Of a DNA stretch of 64,000 bases, positions 11,445 through 23,229 are shown piece after piece. Position 1 is the stretch's first letter; every line of letters begins with the position of its first letter. A program made the translations under genes and the position numbers. Under the pieces are notes generated by a model, which was not told where the DNA came from, did no database searches, and worked only from the letters and a program-made list of their open reading frames with translations. Source of the stretch: Chara braunii (taxonomy: Eukaryota > Plantae > Charophyceae); assembly GCA_003427395.1 (NCBI GenBank), contig BFEA01000043.1, positions 929,168 through 993,167 of the forward strand, read 5' to 3'.

Positions 11445-11720
11445 TTTTTTTTATTTTTTATTTTTTTTTGAAAAGGGGCCCAGTGCCCAAGGCTCCAGTT
11501 ATGAAATTGATTACAACATTTATACACACGCCTCTTCCCATCAGGGCTGGAAGAGCCTCAGCCACTGCTCCCCTGGAGACAGCTTCCCTGTATAACACGA
11601 GTATAACATGAGCCCAGGGTATTGATTGCGTCCCCAGTGAGGAAGAATCAATTGTTGACAAGGCATGGTATGGCCACTAAGGAGGACGAGGTTCGAGTGA
11701 CGATCAGAGCTGGAGGACGC
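11445..11720 (-). mobile_element. Family F retroposon 3' end
   Basis: Inverted homolog of 2230-2450, with the T-run on the left. Confidence 0.75.
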
Positions 11721-12039
11721 AGGGGCCTCCCGACAGTCCCACCCTCTGGTACCCCCCAGACATAGGACGGTAACGAGCGAGTGGAGGCCCTGACGGTGCG
11801 GAAGACCTACACGAACTGCAAAAGGTGTCCAGCAGGGGAAGGATTGAGCAGACAAATGTCGAGCGCAGCAGGAGAGGAAGAGGGAGGAAGGGAAGGGGAA
11901 ACTAGGAGTATCAGAAGTTTTCTGGCGCCTCACACCAGGCGAAGAGGTTCTCCCCTTTCAAACGCCCCGTGCCTCTGGAAGAACCTAGAGCAACCAATGC
12001 TGACAGAAGGCACCTTTCCCCTGTGTAGCTGTCTGAATA

Positions 12040-12240
12040 CTAATCTGATGACAGAGCTTGTTTATTCGCAAAGATGTATCAAAGATGTATCATTGGGAAG
12101 CTGGACCCGGTTTCCAGCAGGTGCTGCTCCCCACCAATAGATGGAGCCTCCTGGATGGTGCTAGTGCTGCCTGCTCCTATCAGCACCGCTAGCAGCAGCC
12201 CGGGTTGTTTTTGTAAAAAAAAAAAAAAGAAAAAAAAAGA
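12040..12240 (+). mobile_element. 5'-truncated LINE/SINE 3' tail with pseudoknot module
   Basis: gggaagctggacccggtttccagcaggtgctgctccccaccaatagatggagcc (12095-12148), terminal hairpin and poly(A). Degenerate second copy at 12548-12650. Confidence 0.75.
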
Positions 12241-12704
12241 TTAACCCCGTTGTGTGCAGAATCAAGCTCTGCCCTACACTCCTCAATTATCCCTACTTCA
12301 ATCATCTGCACGGTGAGGAGGGGGGGAGATACCATTTTTAGGGCAAAGAGACTGAAGGGGCCTCCATTCTTTACAGGTGTGCCTTGCTTGCCTGGCCTTT
12401 TGGGGCAAAATATCTTGGATGGGCCTATTTGTGGAGGTGATAGGAGCAACCCCTACGAATAGGACCGGGTTGAAAATCAGATTTTTTGTAGCAGTCAGAC
12501 TTCTCCATATTCTCAGAATCTGTCAGCAAATGTGTCAGTTCTGTAAAGGGTTGCTGGACCCGGTTTCCAGCAGGTGTCCCCACCAATCAATGGAGGCATG
12601 AACCAAGCTGCTAGGGGAGAATGCTTTCACCATCACTCCTAGCAAAGTAAGTTTTTTTTTTTGTTTTTTTTTGGGGGGGGGGGGGGGGGGGGGGGGGTGT
12701 TAAT

Positions 12705-12996
12705 TAGGGCGCCGTCACAATTTCAGTTTTAAATCCACTTCAGGCATCCCTCGAATACAAACACATCCTCACCTGAGCCTAAAGCTAGGTTGAATGGATT
12801 CACCATAATTTTTCCTCGCTTTGGCACGACATTCGTGAAAAAGTGACTGAAACGAGATGGAGCAGCCCGACGGTTCTCTTACCACCCCCAGGATAGAGGG
12901 CTATCGCAAGGGCTATTCTCGCACCCAAAAAAAAAAAAAAAAAAAAAAAAGAGTGACTGAAACACATTTTCAGCCTGAAACTGTGACTGCGCTCTA
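12705..12996. mobile_element. MITE with ~22-bp TIRs, interrupted by a retro-insertion
   Basis: TIRs tagggcgccgtcacaatttcag / ctgaaactgtgactgcgctcta. Uninterrupted homolog at 35484-35649. Confidence 0.75.
12854..12951 (+). mobile_element. 98-bp 5'-truncated retro-insertion with 12-bp TSD
   Basis: TSD agtgactgaaac at 12842-12853 and 12952-12963. The insert is the end of the pseudoknot module, a terminal stem and poly(A). Confidence 0.9.
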
Positions 12997-13343
12997 GTTA
13001 AGGAAATATGGCTGGCAGTGTCTGAGAGAAAAGTGGAAGGCTTCAATGCTGTATATAACTGAAGAGATGTCTGGTTGAAAAAAAAACAAAAAAGAACAGA
13101 TGTATGGTGCCGACTTCTGTCACAACATGGTATTGCTGACGAGGCAGCCATGCGTCACATCCTTCATTGCCTTCGTCATCATTTGTGCCCGAAAGTGCGT
13201 TGACTTATGTACTCTTAGCACCGGGTCCAGCACCACTAGCACTGGAGGGGTCGTTTTTGTTTACGAAAAACCCTATCAGTCGCAGGCTAGACAGTTCAAC
13301 CATTTTGCACCTTTTTTGGTGTGTGTGACTTAGATTTGAACAC

Positions 13344-14060
13344 TTTTTTTTTTTTTTTTTTTTTAACAACGGGCCCAATGCCCAAGGCTGATATTACCAA
13401 TATGAAGATTGAAGCCGGGGTCCTCATAGTCTACCCGGAGTGACCAAACCGAACTTGCTGAGAACCGGGCTCAGCGTCCCTGATTTTTTGATAATGATGA
13501 TGATGATGATGATGACGATGATGATGATGATGAATTTTTGCTGATTCTATGTAAAATGTGAGATAATCATACTAATGATGATGATGCCAATGATGATGAT
13601 GCCCAGTATGTAAAATATGTAGAAGATTATGCTGTATCAGCAATTCTGGCCTCCTAATCCTAGAACAACTCCTAGCCCTCCCTGTACCAGGACATTACAT
13701 CTCAGAGACAATGCCATCCTAACCAACATCAACCATAGCTGACCTGTTCTCGCCTCCTAGACTATGCCCGGACCCATAGGTTGTCAAGGCAGCCCCCCCC
13801 AGTTCGCCACTGGATTGCCTTCCTCCCTCAGCAAAACCCCATATCTCTCTACAAGGCCTCCCACTCCTGCCATTCGCAGGTTACAGGGCAACGCCCCAGC
13901 TCCGGCCAGCGTCGTTCTGGCATCGGCAAACCAAGGGCACAGAACAAAGTAACTCTGCAGATATCAGTCCAGATTCGACCATCTCTGAAACCCTATATCC
14001 CGAATGAGGAAGAAGGCCAGATGCTGCCAAGAACTACAGAACACGAGCAAGGTTGATATA
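13344..14060 (-). mobile_element. Non-coding retroposon, inverted homolog of 1500-2140
   Basis: Continuous similarity to the reverse complement of 1500-2140. Poly(T) at left, pseudoknot module at 13415-13480, Alu-like motif at 13845-13907. Confidence 0.85.
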
Positions 14061-14587
14061 AGATGATTGAAAACTATGGAATTTTTTTATTTTTATTTTT
14101 TTCAATCAGCAAAACCTGGCCTCACACTCTATGCTCAACTTCTGGCTTCTCCCCTCTACCAAATGCAACACTCCAAGACAGTATCATCCCCTCCAATGCC
14201 CACCATAGCTGGCATGTTCTCATTGCTTAGATGAAACCCGACCCCTTAGGTTGCCACAGCAGGGGCTATACCCCAGCACCGGCCAGCGTCGTTCTGGCGT
14301 CGGCAAACCGAGAGCACAAAACACCAACGCTTGGTAAGACATCAGATACTACATTGTATATGAGAAGAAAACCAGATGTCACCTCGGAATGTAAGTCGGC
14401 CAGATAAGCATGACATAACCCCTTTTTTGATGATGATGACGATGATGATAATGATGATAATGATGATGATTCATGATGTGTTACTCTTGTCCTGGATCTT
14501 TAAAGACAACTGTCTGTCTCCCAGTCACAATCGTAGCGTTGTTACTCAGAAGATTGGAAAAGAGGCTCTCCTCCCTCTTACACTTCC

Positions 14588-14614
<27 letters not shown>

Positions 14615-14618
<4 letters not shown>

Positions 14619-14795
14619 AAGCCCAGGTTGTTGTAGAGGCTAGGTTCCAGCACCCTATTGGGTTGAAGAGGCACAACTCATCTCAACTTTATGATTCAGG
14701 CATACCATTCCTTTGTATCATTCATGTACTTATGGGACGCTGGACCCGGTTTCCAGCAGGTGTTGCTCCCCACCAATAGATGGAGCCTTTACGAT

Positions 14796-14841
<46 letters not shown>

Positions 14842-15890
14842 TACACAGCGGTCGCTGCATCAGCCAGCCATTGGTTGTCCTGACAGTTGTTCCATTTGTA
14901 AGATGGCCTCCAAACCGATCCTCTCATCAATTCTCCCAGCGCACCCCCAATTCCTACTATCCTACCTCAGTGTTAATCACCTCGGAATATCACCTCATTA
15001 TCTCAGAAGCATGGCTTGGACCAAATAGCAGTTACAGGCACCAGGGCTAGGTATGCTCAACAGGACAAGCCCGGACCGACCCAGATTACCCAAGGCTTAG
15101 CCGGAACACGGACAAGCCTGGAGCGGCTATTAGCCTCCTCTTCCCAGCCCTAGTTGAAGCACAGACGAGCAAGCCTTGTCACCTGGGAACTTCGGATGCC
15201 AGGCACAAGCAGTATGATCCTATCAGCCCCACAATTACTACCCAGATTCCTACCGAGGCACCAGAGTTAGGCAGACTCAACGGACAAGCCCTGACTGACC
15301 CAGCTTGCCCAAGGCTAGGCCGATCATGGACAAGCCCAGAGTGGCTATTAACCTCCTCTTCCCAGCCCTAGTTGAAGCACAGACGAGCGAGCCTTGTCAC
15401 CCGGGAACTTCGGAGGCCAGGCACAAGCAGTATGATCCTATCAGCCCCACAATTACTACCCAGATTCCTACTGAGGCACCGGAGTTAGGCAGACTCAACG
15501 GACAAGCCACAACTGACCCAGCTTGTCCAAGGCTAGGCGGATCACGGACAAGCCCAGAGCGGGTGTTAACCCCCTACCCAACAGTAGTTGCTGACCCCTA
15601 TCTGAAAGCCCCCCAAGCCCAGATTGAGTCTATGACACCCCTAGTAAGGACTGGATACTCCCCCCTGACACTGTATGTATGCCCATAGGCTGTATTCGTA
15701 GACTTTATATGTTGTGCATTGTTGTCTATAGAAATTATCCTGTTCTGTGTAATATTTGAACCCACGTTCATCATTGTATAACAGTCATCCTCAACCACAT
15801 ATACTGTAGTTCCTCCCCGCCCCCCCCCAAATGGTACCAATGTACGATATGCCAGACTGGGGGGATCATCAGAACAATCTATGGCCAACA
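14615..15890 (-). mobile_element. Family D minus copy with nested plus-strand tail (14720-14839) and internal tandem duplication
   Basis: Family D end gcccaggttgttgtagaggc at ~14620. 14900-15050 is homologous to 2790-2930. Nested pseudoknot module (14734-14787) plus poly(A). Confidence 0.6.
15063..15560. repeat. ~219-bp tandem duplication (~2.3 units)
   Basis: cctcctcttcccagccctagttgaagcacagacgag...gttaggcagactcaacggacaagcc is repeated with a period of ~219 bp. Confidence 0.9.
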
Positions 15891-16149
15891 TCCTTTTTTT
15901 TTTCTTTTTTTTTTTCCCCAACTAAGACCCCAAGAGTATGGGGTTTTGGGGTTTAAGCTAAAACCCTAAAACCCCAGCATACCAAAGTACCAGGTGGATT
16001 CATGGCAGACCAGGCGCTCAGAGGATGAGTGTAAAGGTATAGAAGGTTCAACTGCAGACTGATAAGTCCCGGCCCCATGATTGAAGGGAGATAGTAGCAA
16101 TAGGACTAGGGTTTACTACCACCTAACCAAGGTTGTCATGTAGGGAACC

Positions 16150-17547
16150 TTTTTTCTTTTTCTTTTTTTTTAAGCAACCCCCGCCAGTGCTAGTGCTGCT
16201 GATACAAGCAGTCACCACTAGCACCTAGAGGGAGGCTCCATCTATTGGTGGGGAGCGTCACCAGCTGGAAAATGGGTCCAGCGTCCCTTAAACAGAAAAG
16301 TATACAGAAGAGTTTGGGAACCGTGATTATGAGGCCTGCCAGCATTGATTACCCTGTATCACAGGGGATTGACTGAGCAGGTATATCTGTTGTGTTTAGT
16401 TGTCCTCCGTATCTCTTCACCCCTCGGAGGAGGGCGCCAGAAGAAACATTAAGCACTGATACAACCTTCTAAGGCATGAAGTCGTGATTGGCGGAACCCT
16501 TCCCCAGGGGGCACCGGGGAGGGTTCCTCTAACTGCAGTACAAAACAGAACACGTTTAAGATAAGATTTCAGCCAGTGACAGGGCATGGGGCGGGAAGGG
16601 GTCAGGGAAATCTGCAGGAGGGCGTAGCGGGAATGAGGGCTCTATGTTAGTCCAATCGTTAAAAACCAATCTATAGTCTCTCATCTCTTCTAAATCTCGT
16701 GTCCCTTCTCTTTTGTCGCCGCTCCACTCCAGCTTTGCTATCCAACCTTCTCTTTCACCCCCTATCCAGTCTGTACAAAAAATCATGATCCGTCTCCTAA
16801 TGTCTCCCATTTGCTTAAGAAGGTCTGCTTGTGACCTTGTGTCTGACCATCTCTGTGTAAGTTCCAGATGGATCTGTTGTCGAATCTGTTCCTCAATCTC
16901 TGGGCCCTCCACCCTTACCTTTTCCATGGCCAGAGTGCATCTTTGCCACCAAAATGACCATATCACCGCCCTTCTGCCTAGTCTGTACATGTTCTCTACA
17001 AAAGTTGTGGTTGTTGCTGCCAGCTGCCAATGGCCCGCCAGTATAACCTGCCATGTCCAGGGCTAGGGTGTATCTGGTACCATTTTCCGCCAGATGCGGT
17101 CTCACCATTTCCATGTGAACTGAGCAATCGGGCATTGCATAAAAATGTACTCAATGGTCTTTGCCTTTCTGTAAAAGGGGAAAAGGTTCTGACATCGCTG
17201 GCACCATGGGGGCAGTAGTCCCCTTTGTTCGAGGTTTGTGCGATTTGTCAAACCAATCATTTGTTGGCAGGCAGCGGTGAGCTATCTGCCACTGTAGAGA
17301 GGTACATTTCATAGGCTTTGATTTTTGTTCCTTAAACCATTTGATTGGTGAAAGGAGGGTGCGGTCCACGTTCAAGTGTCTAGCCCATCTATCGTTTATC
17401 ACGTCTTTTAAATGCCTTTTGGGTCTGAGCACCCTGTAGGCCGCTTTGACCGATATCTGGTATAGGCTAGTATGGCCTGTTCTAGACACTCCTCTCTTTT
17501 GAGCATGCTGCCAGATCCATTCTGTCGGGTCAAAACACCTCCCATCC
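16150..17547 (-). mobile_element. 5'-truncated LINE (ORF2 C-terminus + 3' UTR)
   Basis: SLQWQIAHRCLPTNDW and ETIEYIF-C-like zf-RVT region. The 3' UTR has the internal-loop motif (16335-16381), the pseudoknot module (16234-16287) and poly(T). Confidence 0.85.
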
Positions 17548-20500
17548 ATGCAAAGAAGGAGAGAAATTCAAGAGTTCCTTCTTCCAATAAACAAAGCTCT
17601 TACTGATCTTCAAAAAGACAATCTAGAAATCCCAATACCTAAAGATGAAATATGGACAGCTTTGATGATGATGGAAGAAGAGAAGACACCAGGCCTAGAT
17701 GGACTGCCCAAGGAATTCTGGGAAGTTATGCGGGATTTTATCCACCAAGATCTTATGGACTTCTACCAAGAGGTATGGTCCTCTGGAAGGATGGGAGAGA
17801 TAGTGGGTCAGGGGGTGCTAACACTACTGTACAAAAAATGAGATGCAACGAATATTCGTAATTATAGACCAATCAACCTCCTCACAGTCATTTACAAGCT
17901 GCTAACAAAAGCTCTATCAAACAGATTACTGAAAGTAATAGCAGATATCATTCATCCCACTCAAACAGGCTTCATATCTGGTAGGAATATTCAAGACAAT
18001 ATCCTGCTGGTTAATGAAATGATCAAAAATTCAAGACAATCGAAACAAAATGCGGCTCTTGTATTCATAGATTTTGAAAAGGCATACGACCATGTCGATT
18101 GGGTCTTTTTAGACATGTGTTTGGAAAATTTTAATTTTGGGTCTTCTTTCAAAAGATGGATACAAATCCTACACTCAGAGGCAACAACAAAAGTTATGAT
18201 AAATGGTAATTTAGCTCCTCCAATTCCGTTAGAACGATCAGTACGACAAGGTGATCCGATAGCACCCTTCCTCTTCGTCATTATGATGGAAGCACTTGCG
18301 GCAAATCTAAGACATAACAAGGATATCAAACGTATTAAGGTTGCATCTATCCCGGAAGAGGTCATCCCTGTGTGCTCACTATTTGCGGATGATCTCTCAC
18401 TATTAACAGATGTCTCAGAGGACAACATGAGGGCTATTAAGAGAATGATGGATAAGTTTTGTTCTCTCTCAGATATGAAAATTAACTGGGGTTCCAAAAC
18501 CCAAGGATGGTGGATTCATCACCAAGGGGTGAGACCACCAAAGGAACCTAGAGTTCATTGGATTCCATCTTCCTCACCAATCAGAGTCCTAGGGATTACC
18601 TTATCAGCAGAAGGAAAACCTGAAATAAACAATGAGTAGATCTCTAAACCAGCCCTAGCGAAAATGGAAATATGGAAAGATAAACACACATTATTAATTG
18701 GAAGGACGCTAGTGATTAACAATGTAATTCTAGTGTCCCTATGGTACAAATCAGTTTTATGGCCCTTAGATAAGTTGAATCTCCAATCACTACAAAGACA
18801 GATTACAGCATACTTATGGAGAGGGAATCATGAATGCAAAAATGTAATCAGCAGAGTAGTCTGGCAAACACGGATCCAACCCAAAACAAAAGGGGGACTA
18901 GGTATCCTGGATCCTCACACGCAGGCTCAGGCCTTATCCATCCAATGGATCAAGAGACTGCTCTTCAATCCACAAGTTCCTTGACAGGCTCTAGCATGGG
19001 AACAAATAGCGAGGCTGGCACCAGAAGAACCAGCAGACACTGACCCAATGATGTGGTTAGAGANCCGGTANTGGTCGATCCCAANAGGTGTCTCTCAGAC
19101 AANAAATCAGGAAGTAGAATCANACAGACAAGCAGNAANGGCAGATATAAAAAANGATCCATTCTGGCCTGACCTCCTTAGGACGTGGCGCAGACTACCT
19201 CTACCTGACAAATGCCCCCCGAAGAGGTGGGAAGAGGTCTGTCAACAATCACTTTTCAATAATAGACTAATTACAGATTCACAAGGATGTATGTTACATT
19301 GCATGGACTCTCCCTGGAGGGGATGGGTAAAAAAAGGGGTTTAAATGATATAGGATATATGGAATAAAGAAACAAAAGATTGGTACACTTTACCCCAAAT
19401 ATATCCCAAACTTCATTATTGCAGACACTCAGAGCAAGCATTGAATACCATCATTGATCTAATTCCTTTAGATTGGGTAAGAATTCTAAGAAAATGACCA
19501 AACCTCAAAGAAGGAGATTGGGTGGGCTTCAGGGATGAAAAACAACACATTGGGAATGTGGTTATGCTGGGAGAAGATGCAACAGTTCTAGTCTCCATGG
19601 TTTTTATGGACAGTCAAAATATCATCTACACAGGGAAGACCCAAGAAACCAAATGGTACCAGATGGATCAGGTGTTCAAAATAAGAGTTTTGAAAAATAA
19701 AAGTAATTGGTTGGCCTTTAGGCCAACTCAGTCAATCGACAACTTGGCCTTGGATCCAACGCAATGGAAATGGACCTCAAAAGGAGGAAAATGTACCTGG
19801 ACACGTGCAATCCACACCCTAACAGTCAAATCCACATATAGAATGTTGAGACCGTCCCTAAATATAAAAGATAAAGTGGAAGCTAGATGGATGAGACAGC
19901 TGAATATCAGCAAAGACTCTGTACGCTCTATCAAATGGTTTAAGACCATTAGAATCAAACTTGCTAAGGTAGTCTCCCTACAATGGCAGATATATCACCA
20001 CTGTCTCCCTACTAATGATTGGATTATAGAGAGAACTACTCTTGAACAAAGGGGGATAGCACTACCATGGTGCAAATTTTGCACATCAACTTTCCCATCA
20101 AGAACAATCCCAGAAACCATAGAACACATTTTCCTTCAATGTCCAAGTGCAGTATGGCTATGGAGGTGGTGGGACAGAATCTGGAGCCAACTCACAACTT
20201 CAAACCCTTGGCCATGGGATTGGAAAGCCCTTCTATGTGAAACATGGGACCCACCTCTTCATGACGAATTCTCCCAAAATCTATTTAAGGTAGGAAGGAG
20301 AGTCATTTTGTGGGCCCTGTGGCACAGACGTTGCACCAATGAAATGGAAGGTGAGGCTTGAGGGCCCTGAATTCACGGACTCGATAAAAAATCACATCCA
20401 AACTGAGATTTCGGCCCTATGGGATAAACTTAAAGAAAAAATCCAACATTTATCGATTCAATCAGAAATTGACAGTCGCATTCAAAAATTCAGCACAGAC

Positions 20501-20700
20501 TGGCTGGGAGACACTGAGGAAGGAAAAGTGGGAGTGATCAAGGGGGAGGGAGAGAAAAAAGTTAACAGAAAGGGGGGGCAGCCATAATTCAAAAAGATCT
20601 ATCAACTATCTTTTCATGATTGGACTAATGTGGATCCTTCCATCCCTCTGCGTCCGCTTGTTGACTTCCCTGACCCGTTCCCATTATCATCCTTGTGCTT
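17548..20700 (+). pseudogene. LINE ORF2 (reverse transcriptase) pseudogene
   Basis: Mostly in-frame fragments 17548-17841, 18019-18639, 18664-18984, 19048-19344 and 19522-20361, broken by nonsense codons and a late frameshift. Confidence 0.9.
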
Positions 20701-21039
20701 GGTACCTTTGAGTTGGTATGGTTTAGAGTAAGCAAGGGATTATGATCTTAGGAATGGTTAATGGTGCTTGGGGAGATGAAAAATATATGGCGCCCGTCAA
20801 CAGGAGGGTGAAGAGGTACCAACTATTGACTAGGGTCTAGTACATGGGATGTGGGACCTGGTTTTCAACATCCACCTTGAGCTGAGCAGTCATATCTTTC
20901 ATCACATTCAATAGTTCAAATGTTAAGGGACGCTGGACCCGTTTTCCAGCAGGTGCTGCTCCCCACCAATAGATGGAGCCTCCCCAACCCTGCTAGTGGT
21001 GTCTGCTCCTACTAGCACCTCTAGCATTCACTTGGGCCG

Positions 21040-21040
<1 letters not shown>
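17548..21040 (+). mobile_element. 5'-truncated L1/Tx1-type LINE, RT + zf-RVT + 3' UTR
   Basis: KTPGLDGLPKEF, NYRPI, IDFEKAYDHVDW, SVRQGDPIAP, LFADD, GGLGI, C..C...ETIEHIF..C. Several premature stops. 3' module at 20927-20980. Confidence 0.92.
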
Positions 21041-21041
<1 letters not shown>

Positions 21042-21080
<39 letters not shown>

Positions 21081-23190
21081 AATTGGACGTGCTCCAATCT
21101 ATTCGTGGGGAGCAACACGTGCTGGGAACCGGGCCCAACGTCCCATTCAAAAGCATATTGAGAGAGTTTTTGCAGAAAACTTTGAAATACCGGGGCCGAC
21201 TAAAGATGATCGCTATGCAGCCTACCCATCCATCTATGAGCACGATAAAATTTAAAAACAGAGGAAGGATCCTGAATATCAATCACTCATGCACTAACCT
21301 ACCAAAGAGGTCCTACGAATAGGTGAAACCTACTCAATCCACCTACAACCACCACCAGTCATGGCTAGAATCCGCGCGAACGGAAGCTCTTCCGGGCCTC
21401 ACCGCTCCCATCAAGTTAGGTTACAGAGATGCACCACTTGCTCCAGCACTGGCCAGCATCGCTCCCGTTACGACCCCCGATGACCACTGGGGCTGCCCCC
21501 GCAAACAGCCCCCCAGTTCTCTACCAGGCCTCACGCCCCCACTAGGCTAGGTCATAGAGTTGCGCCACCTGGCTCCGGCTCCGGCCAGCGTTGCTCCAGC
21601 ATCGGTCTCCGAGGGGCACTGACTTTTCAACCACCCCTCGCAGGATCATGGGTGGATTTGCCGGGTCTCACCTATTCCTACCACCTCCTCGAAAGGCAAG
21701 CAAATGAAAAACTATGGTGAGTTGGATGATAGATTTGTTCGAGAGAGATCGCCCCTCCCTCCCCTACCCCTCCCCCTTCAACCCTACACTGCCTCCGCCG
21801 AGGAGAGTAACCCACCCTCCCTCGGCCCCAATATAGGACCAATCCTCTCCCCCCTCACCCCAGGAGCACGCAGTTCCCACCTAAAGCATGCCCCCCCACC
21901 CCTTGCCCTTTCCGCCTCCGCAGGGACTGATGTTGGCCCTCACACAGTCCTTGCCCCGGAATAAAGCAACCCCCTACTCCGCCCCTACCCTCTTTGAGAC
22001 ATTCACCCCCCTCCTTGCGATGCCTCTGAAGGATCGAGCTCCCCCCATCCCCTTCCCACCATTCAGCCCTCCAGGAACGATCCAATCCAGCCGATTAATG
22101 ACACACTTACCAAATATCATTTGCTTGGAATTTTATCGAATTTTGTCGATGACGATAACAACGCCCTAAAAACGATGGCATTGAGAACTGATGCTGATGA
22201 TGATGAAGATGATATGATGGCGATGGTGAAGGTAATATCGACTATGATGATGATGATAATGAGCTGATGATTATATTGATAATATTCATGACGTACTGTT
22301 GGTAATGATCACACTAACAAGGCTCTTGATGGTGATGTAAGTAACGATGGTGATGATGATGATGATGATGATGAAAATGATTGATGATGGTGTGCTAACG
22401 AGCACCTTGGATAGCAACCTAAGACTAATGATGATGAAAATGATGATGATGATGATGATGAAAATGCTGACGCACAGCGTCCCATGAAAACTACAAAATG
22501 ATGATGATGAAAATGATGATAATATCGTCGAACTTCATAGCCCTTGATGGTGATGACAAAATGTACCCTGATACTGATGATGATGATGACGAGCAGCGTC
22601 CTGATGAGGATGACGATCGTCCGGTTAATGATGATGGTGACGATCTCGCCCGGTTGATGATGATGGTGACGAACGCGCGAGTGTCGCAGATGACAAAGAT
22701 ACATACAAATCAAAAACAACGCACTCGATGTCGCCTCCCATCCTCCTCCCACTCCACGTGAGCACGCGCTCCTCCCTTCCGTCCGAGTCATACCAACCAC
22801 CCGCCACAGCGCTACGCAGACCAAGGAGCAAAAGCCATAGAACGCTAAACTTCTCAAGGAGACCCACCTCCTCTCGTAGGCAGGCTCCCCCTCACCCAAC
22901 ATGTCATCCTATAACACCACTGGATAAGGCGCGGAGCTGGAGATGGCACCGAAGTGCTTTTAAAAGGTAGGCAGCACCGAGTCGCGCTTCATCTCCCCAC
23001 CCGACCGCCGTCCTCCTCATCTCGCCATCACCAAGGCGCCATCGCGTCGAAACCACACGCGTCATACCCAACTGCCGCTTCGCGCGCGCAAGTTTCCAAG
23101 CTGCAGGGCGCCCCCGAACTGCCCGTGTGAGAAAGCCAACCTGGCAAGGCGCAGCGCACCCGGAAGCGCTGCGCCCCCCCTCTCTACGGC
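21042..23190 (-). mobile_element. Long non-coding modular retroposon
   Basis: On the minus strand: GC-rich head (22700-23190), (CAT)n-rich tract, G-rich segment, two Alu-like motifs (21392-21454, 21521-21586), pseudoknot module (21090-21145) and poly(A). Same module order as 28286-30985. Confidence 0.6.
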
Positions 23191-23192
23191 GC

Positions 23193-23224
<32 letters not shown>

Positions 23225-23229
<5 letters not shown>

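Noticed and set aside
14734-14776. tRNA-like 3' end (…CUCCCCACCA) or SRP helix 8
   Set aside because: CCA becomes CGA in the variant subfamily, which is better explained by pseudoknot covariation. There is no GNRA tetraloop or helix-8 symmetric loop.
16335-16381. SECIS or K-turn reading of the ATTGATT/GATTGA motif
   Set aside because: That reading is antisense to the host LINE and lacks the tandem GA quartet geometry and apical AA.
22180-22900. His/Asp/Ser-rich ORFs here and at 29880-30650
   Set aside because: Artefacts of degenerate (GAT/CAT)n tracts, open in several frames.
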